Assembly: GCA_041659685.1 (NCBI GenBank)
Contig: JBAZXV010000001.1
Coordinates: forward strand, 178,771-242,770
Source: Parcubacteria group bacterium
Lineage (GTDB): Bacteria; Patescibacteriota; Minisyncoccia; Moranbacterales; UBA11712
Length of the DNA stretch: 64,000 nt
Reading direction: 5' to 3'
Shown here piece after piece: positions 1 to 8,777 of this stretch; positions within the stretch are counted from its first letter, which is position 1, and each line of letters starts with the position of its first letter. Both the position numbers and the translations under genes were made by a program. Under the pieces are notes generated by a model. The model did no database searches and had not been told where the DNA came from. It saw nothing but the letters and a program-made list of their open reading frames with translations.

Positions 1-2320
1 TCGTCTTAAGTTCCATTGATTCAATTTCTGCGCCAAGTGAGATTCCCTGCTTGGTTTTTGCTTTTCGAATTTCATCAATTGCTTTGATAGCGCTTTCAAA
101 ATCGGAAATGTCCGGCTTCGAGGATAGTTTCATCTTTTCCGGCCATACTGAAACATGGACACTTTTCACTTTTTCCATATTTCTGAAAAAGGTCTGAAAA
201 ATTTCTTCCGTCACAAACGGCATGATAGGCGCGTACATTTTTAATATACTGAAAAAGACTGTGGAAAGCGTTTTTATGGCCGCATCTTTAGATTTTTTGT
301 CACTCCCAAAAAGGCGATATTTCACGAACTCGACGTAATAATCCGCCAGCTTTGACCAGAAAAATTTGTCTATCTCTTCCTTGGCCTTCGCGTAGGTATA
401 GTTTTCAAAATTTTTCGTAACAGCGGCAATAGTCTTATTCATTTCCTGAAGGATCCAGAGGTCGGATTTTTCCAACTTATCCTTGCTTCCCACAAGCATC
501 GGTTTTTTGGTATGCATCGAGAGAAGCCGCGCCACATTCCAAAGTTTCGTCGTCGTCCTCCGGCCTTTTTTCACTTCGAGAATATTGAACTTAAGGCTTT
601 GTCCCAGCGTCGCGCCCGTCGCCCAATACCGCACCGCGTCAGCCCCGTATTCTTCAATTATTTTTTCCGGAGGAATATAATTTCCAAGCCTTTTTGAAAT
701 TTTTCGTCCTTGTTCGTCAAGGCCGTGTCCTGATATCATCGCGCTTCGAAATGGCAAATGATTATGGTGATAATGGGATTTTACGATCGTATAAAACAGC
801 CAAGTCCTTATGATTTCAAAAGCTTGCGGACGAAGGGAAGAAGGATACAGTTTTTCCTGGATAGGTTTTTCGCTTACCAATTTTTGGGCGATAATCGGCG
901 TGAGAGATGATGTCGCCCAGGTATCAAGAACATCCTGTTCGGGGATAAATTTTTTTCCGCCGTCTGCCTCTCCGGCAGATAAACATTTCGGGCAGACTTT
1001 TATTTTCGGCTGCTCTTCAAGGGGATCGACCGGCAAATCTTTTTCTTCCGGCAAAATTATTTCTCCGCATTTTCCGCAGTACCAGACAGGAAAAGGAACT
1101 CCGTAATAGCGTTGGCGGGAAATGCACCAGTCCCATTTGATATTTTCGACCCATTCGTCATATATTTTTTTCATTTCCTTCGGATGCCATTTGAGTTCTT
1201 TGCCGCGCTTCAAAAAATCATTTTTTGCTTCGAGAATTTTAATGAACCACTGGTCCGATTCGATGTACTCGACGTCCGTTCCGCACCGCTCATGAGTATA
1301 GACGGAGTGCTTGATCGGCTCAATCTTTTCAATCGCGCCAACAGCCTCTAAATCCTCGACAATCATTTTTCTCACTTCGAGAACCTTCATTCCTTCGTAT
1401 TTTCCGCCTGCCTGCGAGAACCGGCCGTTAGGAAGAATAAGTTCTGTCGGCTCGGCTTCTGGATGGCGCGAAAGCCATTCAATGCATTCTCCGCCTCCAT
1501 AAGAGCAATAATAGACTACCCCGCTGCCATACTCCATGTTCGTGGCAACGTCGGCCGTGAGGACGACTTTTTTCTTCGTAAGCGGCATTGTCACTTTTTT
1601 GCCGATAAGTTTTTTGTACCGCTTGTCTTTCGGATTAACGGAAATTCCCATCACCGCCGGCAGAAGTTCCGGTCGCGTTGTGGCAAAAACCAGAGTGTCT
1701 CCCGTTTCCGCCTTAACTTTTATATAAACCAGATTGCTTTCTTTTTCCTCAGCTTCAAGGTCGGCTTGGGCGATGGCAGTTCGGCAAGTCGTGCACCAGA
1801 GAATCGGTTTTTTGGCTTTATATATTTTATTTTTTCTGTAGAGATCAAGAAAAGACCACTGGGAAATTTTTCGGCAATGATCATTGATTGTGCTGTATGT
1901 TTTTGTCCAGTCAACGGAAATTCCGAGAAGTGACCAAAGCTTTCGATAGGTTTCGGAACCTTTTTTGGTTTCCTTAAGACAGAGCTTTATGAATTCAGAT
2001 CTCGTTATTTTTGACTTGTTGATCTTGTATTTTTTCTCGACAAATCTTTCCGTCGGGAGGCCGTTGTCGTCAAATCCCATCGGATAATAGACATTGAAGC
2101 CGCGCATTCGCTTATAGCGGACGACAAATTCCGCCTGGGCATAACTCATTACGTGCCCCGCGTGCAAATGGTCGGCCGAGACATAGGGAGGCGGCGTATC
2201 AATTGAAAAAATTTCCCCTTTGGCTTTGGGATTGAATTTATATATCCCCTCTTTTTCCCAAAACTCGCGCCACTTCGGCTCAGCTTCGGAAGGATTATAG
2301 TGTTTTGAAATTTCTTTCAT
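1..2320 (-). CDS. valS: valine--tRNA ligase, partial (C-terminus beyond left window edge)
   Basis: Own minus-strand translation from ATG at 2320: MKEISKHYNPSEAEPKWREFWEKEGIYKF. It carries an HLHAGH (HIGH-type) motif, PMGFDDNGLPTE, KISKR (KMSKS-type) near 690-700, EYGADAVRYW and FFWSKLADYYVEFVKYRL. The portions I translated contain no stop, and the frame is still open at position 2 (no stop in the window), which explains its absence from the ORF track. Confidence 0.85.
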   Translation of the reverse strand, partial: MKEISKHYNPSEAEPKWREFWEKEGIYKFNPKAKGEIFSIDTPPPYVSADHLHAGHVMSYAQAEFVVRYKRMRGFNVYYPMGFDDNGLPTERFVEKKYKINKSKITRSEFIKLCLKETKKGSETYRKLWSLLGISVDWTKTYSTINDHCRKISQWSFLDLYRKNKIYKAKKPILWCTTCRTAIAQADLEAEEKESNLVYIKVKAETGDTLVFATTRPELLPAVMGISVNPKDKRYKKLIGKKVTMPLTKKKVVLTADVATNMEYGSGVVYYCSYGGGECIEWLSRHPEAEPTELILPNGRFSQAGGKYEGMKVLEVRKMIVEDLEAVGAIEKIEPIKHSVYTHERCGTDVEYIESDQWFIKILEAKNDFLKRGKELKWHPKEMKKIYDEWVENIKWDWCISRQRYYGVPFPVWYCGKCGEIILPEEKDLPVDPLEEQPKIKVCPKCLSAGEADGGKKFIPEQDVLDTWATSSLTPIIAQKLVSEKPIQEKLYPSSLRPQAFEIIRTWLFYTIVKSHYHHNHLPFRSAMISGHGLDEQGRKISKRLGNYIPPEKIIEEYGADAVRYWATGATLGQSLKFNILEVKKGRRTTTKLWNVARLLSMHTKKPMLVGSKDKLEKSDLWILQEMNKTIAAVTKNFENYTYAKAKEEIDKFFWSKLADYYVEFVKYRLFGSDKKSKDAAIKTLSTVFFSILKMYAPIMPFVTEEIFQTFFRNMEKVKSVHVSVWPEKMKLSSKPDISDFESAIKAIDEIRKAKTKQGISLGAEIESMELKT

Positions 2321-2330
2321 TGGTAATTTA

Positions 2331-2987
2331 TCAGTTAATAGTCGGCTCTTTTGCTTCGCCGAAAATCGCTTCCGATCTATTCAGTTCAAGAGCCCATTTC
2401 TGGTTCCCAAAATCAAAGTGCCACCATTCATCTTTGTCGACAGAAAAACCTTCGGCTATCATTGCCTCGCGAAGCATTTTTTGATTATTTCTAGCCTCGA
2501 TATTTGTGTCTGCGTTTTCAAAATAATACGAACTCGCCTCCGGACCGAAATAATCAAATTCGGTTCCCATATCCAGCTCATTCCCGTCTTTATCGACTAA
2601 TGTCAGATCAACCGAACCGCCAGTGGCGTGAGGGGGAATCCGATTCGCGTCATTGGCGTCGGTAACAAAAACTCCGACTTCGGCTTTCAGTTTTTCTTCA
2701 TCCCAATCGGGATTTTTTCCTTTCAATTCATTCCAAAATTTTTCATAGATGGCGTTTTGGACCTTTCGAGAGCGGTAACCATCCCAAAGTTTGAATTTAT
2801 AGCCTTTGAATCCTTGTTGTATTTTCAGCAATTTATCTGCGACAGTTTTTCTGAGAAACATTCTTGAGTCTTCCGACAAACCTTGCTTGAAATACATCGG
2901 CTCCAAAATAAAATCATAATTCTTAAGATCGACGAGCGGATCTTGCGATTCACTAATTGGAATGACTTGGAAGTTAAGTAAAGACAT
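2331..2987 (-). CDS. ddpX: D-alanyl-D-alanine dipeptidase (VanX/DdpX, peptidase M15D)
   Basis: 218-aa ORF with DGYRSRKVQ, HATGGSVDLTL and EWWHFD motifs typical of VanX-type zinc dipeptidases. Confidence 0.75.
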   Translation of the reverse strand: MSLLNFQVIPISESQDPLVDLKNYDFILEPMYFKQGLSEDSRMFLRKTVADKLLKIQQGFKGYKFKLWDGYRSRKVQNAIYEKFWNELKGKNPDWDEEKLKAEVGVFVTDANDANRIPPHATGGSVDLTLVDKDGNELDMGTEFDYFGPEASSYYFENADTNIEARNNQKMLREAMIAEGFSVDKDEWWHFDFGNQKWALELNRSEAIFGEAKEPTIN

Positions 2988-3006
2988 GCTAAAAGTGTAT
3001 TTTGAA

Positions 3007-5070
3007 TTATTTTCTTACTTTCACTTTCAGTTCTTTTTCGAGCGATGAGATTATTTTTTCCATCACCGCGTCGATTTCTTCGGAAGTCAAAGTTTTAGCG
3101 TCGGAGCCGATTTTGAGGCGCAAGGCTAAACTTTTCTCTCCCTCTTTTTCGAAAACATCAAAAAGATCAATATTTTTCACGAGACTCCCTCCGGTTTTTT
3201 TGACGTTTGCGACAATGTCAGCGTACTTTGTATCTTTTTCAATGAACATGGATAAGTCCCGCTCGACAATCGGAAACTTACTGATAGAGTGATATAATGT
3301 TTCTTTTGGAAGCAGTCTGAGTAGTTCTTCGGTTCCGAGTCCAAAATATGCAACGCGTTGTTTTATTCCGTATTTTTTTGATATCAGAGGATTTATTTCC
3401 CCGATTTTCCCGATTTTTTCTCCGTTAATTATAATCCTTGAGATTCTGCTTGGATGCCAAAAACCGAAATCCGTATCCTGCGCTTCGAATTTAATATTAC
3501 GCAATCCAAGCTTATTTAATATACTTTCCAATTCACCCTTTAGCGCTAAAATAGAGTTCTCTTTTGCTGAATTGCTAACCAATCCTCCCGCTAAAACACT
3601 TTCTTCATAAGGCGTATTCCCTTTCTTTCCAAATTCCCTTCCGATTTCGAAAATCTTGATATCGGAGAAATTTTTCAAGTTCAGATTAACATTTTTCAAA
3701 ATACCCGGAGAAAATGTTTCTCTCAAATATTGCTGCTCCGAACTCAATGGATTCGCCACTTCAATATGATCTTCTACTCTCAGGCCGCATTTTTCAATAT
3801 CCTCTTTTCCGTAGAATGAATAGTTCATAACCTCCGAAAAACCGAACCCGATCAAAATGTCACGCAGTTTATTTTCGAAATCCCTTTTCTCATTTCGGGG
3901 CAGTGCCTTCACTTCAGCGCAAGGCGCTTGCTCTTTGATATTTTCATATCCGTAGATGCGGCCGATTTCTTCAATGAGATCTTCCTGGGTTTTGAGATCA
4001 ATCCGGTGTGTTGGAATTTCAAAAAATATCCACTTAGACACCGAGTGTCTAAGTGATTTGAGGCCGAGATTTTCCAGGATATTTTTCATTTTTGCGATCG
4101 GAATATTTTCACCCAACAAACGATTTACATAGTTCGTGTCCAATTTTACCTGCCACGGCTTCACTTTTTTCGGATAAATGTCCATGATTGAGGCAGCTTC
4201 AATATTTTTTCCGCAAATCTCTTTTGTGAGTTCTATTGCCCTCGCCATCGCCGTTTCCGCCAAATTCGGATCAATTTCGCGCTCAAACCGGTGGGACGAT
4301 TCAGTGATAATATTTTGCGAAGTTCTTGTTTTTCGAATGCTTGTCGCATTAAAATTGGCCGATTCAAGAACAATCGAAGCAGTTTTATTGCTAATAGCTG
4401 AATCGGATCCGCCCATCACTCCGGCCAGCGCCAAAACTTTCTCGGAATCGGCGATCACTAAATCATTTTCACTTAACATATATTCTTTATCATCAAGCAA
4501 TATAATCTTTTCATTCTTCTTGGCTCTGCGAATAATAATTTTGATTTTTGAATTTGAAGTTTTGGATTTATTTGAGATTTCTCCTTTTATTTTCTCTAAA
4601 TCAAAGGAGTGCATCGGCTGTCCGGTTTCGAGCATGACATAATTTGTAATATCGACAATATTATTGATCGGCTTAACACCTGAAACCAGCAATCTTGTCT
4701 GCATCCATTTTGGCGAAGGGCTAATTTTAATATTTTTAATAACCGCCCCGACATAACGCAGACAAAGTTTTTTGTCTTTAATTTCAATATTCACCCCAAG
4801 GTCCGACCTTGGGACAGCTAGAGCGCTCCCAACATTAAATGTTGGAGTAAACTTCCGTCCTTCGAGAGCGCAGATTTCCCGCGCCATGCCGATGTGCGAC
4901 AGCGCGTCGTGCCCGCGGTTTGGGAGAATAGAAAATTCCATTTGCGTTTCTTTTCCTTCGGTTTTTAGGCCCTCAAACTCAAATGACCGCATGGTCAAAA
5001 GATCCGCCAATTGTTTTGGCGATTTTTTTGTTTTGGATAGTTCTTTTAGCCAGGTATATGAGTATTTCAT
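3007..5070 (-). CDS. pheT: phenylalanine--tRNA ligase beta subunit
   Basis: 687-aa ORF starting MKYSYTWLKEL, immediately downstream of pheS. Length and layout are typical of bacterial PheT. Confidence 0.9.
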   Translation of the reverse strand: MKYSYTWLKELSKTKKSPKQLADLLTMRSFEFEGLKTEGKETQMEFSILPNRGHDALSHIGMAREICALEGRKFTPTFNVGSALAVPRSDLGVNIEIKDKKLCLRYVGAVIKNIKISPSPKWMQTRLLVSGVKPINNIVDITNYVMLETGQPMHSFDLEKIKGEISNKSKTSNSKIKIIIRRAKKNEKIILLDDKEYMLSENDLVIADSEKVLALAGVMGGSDSAISNKTASIVLESANFNATSIRKTRTSQNIITESSHRFEREIDPNLAETAMARAIELTKEICGKNIEAASIMDIYPKKVKPWQVKLDTNYVNRLLGENIPIAKMKNILENLGLKSLRHSVSKWIFFEIPTHRIDLKTQEDLIEEIGRIYGYENIKEQAPCAEVKALPRNEKRDFENKLRDILIGFGFSEVMNYSFYGKEDIEKCGLRVEDHIEVANPLSSEQQYLRETFSPGILKNVNLNLKNFSDIKIFEIGREFGKKGNTPYEESVLAGGLVSNSAKENSILALKGELESILNKLGLRNIKFEAQDTDFGFWHPSRISRIIINGEKIGKIGEINPLISKKYGIKQRVAYFGLGTEELLRLLPKETLYHSISKFPIVERDLSMFIEKDTKYADIVANVKKTGGSLVKNIDLFDVFEKEGEKSLALRLKIGSDAKTLTSEEIDAVMEKIISSLEKELKVKVRK

Positions 5071-5073
5071 AGC

Positions 5074-6095
<1,022 letters not shown>

Positions 6096-6212
6096 ATTCT
6101 AAAAATACTCCAAAAATAAAAAAAAGTCCAGAATAAGGACTTGCTAAAAAGTTATGCGGCGGGGCAAGGAAACTGCAGATGCAGCCCTCGCCCCGGTCTA
6201 GTCAGATTTTAT

Positions 6213-6413
6213 TTAGGGCACGATTTTAGCGCGTTTCCAATCCTGCCAAAGCTTATACGCGCTAACAGCCGTTAGTGCAGCAGCTATGGCGGCCAGAATT
6301 AGGTGCGCTTGGGTATTTTCCAGATCCTTGCTTTCAATTGCTCCCAAGACCAATTTGCAGAAAAGGTTTGTGGTCATGAGAGTGGTCATGAATCGTATTC
6401 CTACGACGAACAT
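6213..6413 (-). CDS. small hypothetical membrane protein (66 aa)
   Basis: ORF preceded by GAAAGGAG Shine-Dalgarno. It has a hydrophobic helix (LILAAIAAALTAVSAY), lies in a locally GC-rich patch and is followed by two hairpins. Confidence 0.5.
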   Translation of the reverse strand: MFVVGIRFMTTLMTTNLFCKLVLGAIESKDLENTQAHLILAAIAAALTAVSAYKLWQDWKRAKIVP

Positions 6414-6468
6414 AATGGAGAATCTCCTTTCAAACCTTTATCAGGCGTCTTGGTTTTGGGCAGTCAGG

Positions 6469-6840
6469 TCAAGCGGCAGGTGGTCGGGGATCTTTGACCG
6501 ATACCACCAAACCTTCATGTTTGACGCACCAGCCCCGGCCGACATACAAGCCTGAGTAGCCAACAATGTAACGATCGCCTCCGGGCCAAAATTCGACTCG
6601 ATACTCGTTTTTACCCACTGCCTGTTTTACCAGGAATGGGATGTCCTCGGGAACATTTTCCCAGGGAATCGGCCTGCCGATCATGCGCCATTCAGCGAAC
6701 AGATAAGTCAGGGCAACGGCGCAAATAACTGCACTCAGCATAACGATAGCCATCTTATAACCTTCGACGATATAGCTATAGGTTATGGCGGAGACCACAC
6801 CGAAACTCATGAACGCCATCAATAACAATATTTTCTTCAT
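6469..6840 (-). CDS. hypothetical membrane protein (123 aa from MKKILLL)
   Basis: Internal ATG at 6840 is preceded by AAAAAGGA. Two N-terminal hydrophobic helices are followed by a soluble C-terminal domain. The ORF-track start at 6945 is probably too long. Confidence 0.55.
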   Translation of the reverse strand: MKKILLLMAFMSFGVVSAITYSYIVEGYKMAIVMLSAVICAVALTYLFAEWRMIGRPIPWENVPEDIPFLVKQAVGKNEYRVEFWPGGDRYIVGYSGLYVGRGWCVKHEGLVVSVKDPRPPAA

Positions 6841-7066
6841 AGTAGGATCCTTTTTAAAGTATATTTTCCCATTGCGTTGTTCCGCATACTGAGAATGTAT
6901 AATTACACTACTTTCAATGACAAAAGTCAAGCGTGAAGAACCCAACTCTAAAATTTACTTTAAGTATAGAAAAATACAGCCTCTGTTGGCTGTAAATTAA
7001 ATAATCAGCTTTGTATCGCGAAGAGATCTATATGATAATAAATGGCTTAATTAATGCTTCTTTGAC

Positions 7067-7104
7067 AGAGGGGCTAAGCCCCCAACTGGGGACTTAGCCC
7101 CTCT
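7067..7104 (-). terminator. long GC-rich hairpin downstream of the amidohydrolase gene
   Basis: AGAGGGGCTAAGCCCC/GGGG(A)CTTAGCCCCTCT gives a 16-bp stem with one bulge. A second hairpin, ACAGCC-N6-GGCTGT, lies at 6977-6994 and is followed by a T-run on the minus strand. Confidence 0.5.
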
Positions 7105-7153
7105 CAAGAGCTGAAATAATTTGAGTTGATCTGGTATAAAACATTAAGCAATA

Positions 7154-8584
7154 CTATCTCCCCGCCACTCTTTTTCTCAGCGCCATATGTCTTTTTTGGA
7201 GTTCGGCTAGGAGTTTGCTTTCATTAACAAGCTGATGGCGTCTCCCTGCCACGATAAATTGCCCGTTTATCATGAGATCCCGGACAACCCGCCCGCCGTG
7301 GGTAACGAGGTTTCCGAGAAGCGTCATGGGGTTTTTTTGATCGAATGGGATGAATCCGCGGTCTTTGAGTTTCCAAAAAGCAAGGTCGGCTTTCATTCCC
7401 GGCAAAATTCTTCCCCGGTCCGGCATATTAAGGACCCTGGCTCCGTTCACGGTCATCATTTTGAAAAGGGATCCGAATTTAACGGTTCTATTGTAAAGAT
7501 GGGTAACGCGAGTCTGATAGGCTTCAGAAAGAAGATCCAGGCGGCTCTTCGAAACCACTCCGTCGGTTCCAAGAGAAAGAAACTGCGAACCTTCGAAATC
7601 GCGAAATTTCCACAGCGGAAATGTCCCGCTTTTATGGATAACATTCGATGTCGGAAGATGAACGACTCCCACTTTGTTCTTGATAAGTTTTCTTATCTCG
7701 GCGTCGTTAATGTATATCGAATGGGATACTATCGTGCGATTGGTAAGCAGATGATATTTTTCCAGAGTTTCGACTTCCCGCATCCTGTGTTTTCTCAGGC
7801 ACTGCTCGGCCACATTTTCGCTTTCCGCCATGTGGCAGGTTATCAAAAGATCATATTTATCACTGAGCCTCTTCACTTCCTTTAATACTTTTGGGGAAGC
7901 TTTATAGACATAGTGAAAGCAAATGGCAAGATGCGAAGAATCATTTTTATTTTCTTTCACCAATCGCTCGATCAGTTCCGGGGAGTTTTCCGGATGTACG
8001 CTGGAAGCAACACTGACCGCATTTATGACATTCTGCTTTGTCGCGCGAGCAGCGATTTCAAGGGGATGATAAGAAGAAAAATGACTAAGTGTCGTTGTAA
8101 TTCCTCCTTTTTGCTGTTCGGTGATGTCACCTATTGATGAATATGAATAGTCTTCCTCGCTCATTACCTGCTCCCACTGGGGAAATGAAGCAATGGTTTC
8201 GTCCACTCCCTCCCCTTCATCAAGCATCATCGCAGACCGCATCAAATACATGGGCGGATGGGCATGCGCATTAATGAGCCCCGGCGTCACCACGATTCCA
8301 CCCCGCATGCCGGCATCGTATGTGTTATCGAATTTTTGATGTTTTACCTTTTTTGAAGGCAAGACCTCTTTTATGGTGTCACCCTGGATGATAATGGAAT
8401 GATTTTCATAGCAGCGCAGTTTCTCGGTTTCGTCGCAGGAAAAGAGATAAGGAATATTTTTAATAAGGATTGTTTTTGGTTTCCTTCCCCTCTTATCTTT
8501 TAGCCGGCTATGCTTGGCGCTTTCCTCAAACGGAATTGCCCTTAAACTGCTTTTGATTCTTTTATATAATTTTTCATGAGACAT
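7154..8584 (-). CDS. amidohydrolase-superfamily protein (MtaD/SsnA/chlorohydrolase-like deaminase)
   Basis: Metal-binding HxH (LINAHAHPP), CHMAE, HSIY and a GTDG aspartate motif. Start set at ATG 8584 (MSHEKLYK) because the track's N-terminal extension to 8722 overlaps an intergenic repeat. Confidence 0.75.
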   Translation of the reverse strand: MSHEKLYKRIKSSLRAIPFEESAKHSRLKDKRGRKPKTILIKNIPYLFSCDETEKLRCYENHSIIIQGDTIKEVLPSKKVKHQKFDNTYDAGMRGGIVVTPGLINAHAHPPMYLMRSAMMLDEGEGVDETIASFPQWEQVMSEEDYSYSSIGDITEQQKGGITTTLSHFSSYHPLEIAARATKQNVINAVSVASSVHPENSPELIERLVKENKNDSSHLAICFHYVYKASPKVLKEVKRLSDKYDLLITCHMAESENVAEQCLRKHRMREVETLEKYHLLTNRTIVSHSIYINDAEIRKLIKNKVGVVHLPTSNVIHKSGTFPLWKFRDFEGSQFLSLGTDGVVSKSRLDLLSEAYQTRVTHLYNRTVKFGSLFKMMTVNGARVLNMPDRGRILPGMKADLAFWKLKDRGFIPFDQKNPMTLLGNLVTHGGRVVRDLMINGQFIVAGRRHQLVNESKLLAELQKRHMALRKRVAGR

Positions 8585-8700
8585 ATTTTTTTCTGATTTA
8601 TGGATATTACCAAAGCCTGTCTCGAATTCATGACAGACTACATATTTCCGAGACAAGCTCCTAACTAAAACCACCCATTGCTGGACGATTATCATTTTAT

Positions 8701-8760
8701 CCCCTTGCGCAAAAGACCGCAAACGCCTGCCGGCAAGGCAGGCAAGCTTCGGGGAGCTTC
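8701..8760 (-). repeat. GC-rich two-hairpin intergenic repeat, copy 1 (also likely terminator of the Clp-like gene)
   Basis: The reverse complement GAAGCTCCCCGAAGCTTGCCTGCCTTGCCGGCAGGCGTTTGCGGTCTTTTGCGCAAGGGG aligns at about 80% identity with 63779-63840. Its core hairpin is CCTGCC-N5-GGCAGG. Confidence 0.6.
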
Positions 8761-8777
8761 ATTGGATTATACAGGCG

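Noticed and set aside
483-1933. Plus-strand ORFs of 61-156 aa (483-680, 810-1106, 1463-1933 and others).
   Set aside because: They are antisense to valS, have low-complexity or odd composition and lack SD sequences. They are shadow ORFs.
1-2320. No long minus-strand ORF in the track over an obviously coding region. I considered an alternative genetic code (UGA recoding) or a pseudogene.
   Set aside because: Manual translation with the standard code gives valS sequence from ATG 2320 with no stops in the segments translated, and the frame is still open at position 2. The track simply omits ORFs that lack a stop inside the window. All other genes translate normally with the standard code.
6160-6172. 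13-mer CGGGGCAAGGAAA shared between the pheS upstream region (6160-6172) and the rpsB leader (14848-14860), considered as a common regulatory motif.
   Set aside because: Only 13-17 nt match. In the first locus it is one arm of a terminator hairpin with no equivalent partner in the second locus. Chance cannot be excluded without genome-wide counts.
8585-8722. 46-aa N-terminal extension of the amidohydrolase ORF (track start 8722).
   Set aside because: The extension overlaps the dispersed GC-rich repeat and terminator hairpin and has an unlikely sequence (MRSFAQGDKMIIVQQWVV...). The internal ATG at 8584 is preferred.
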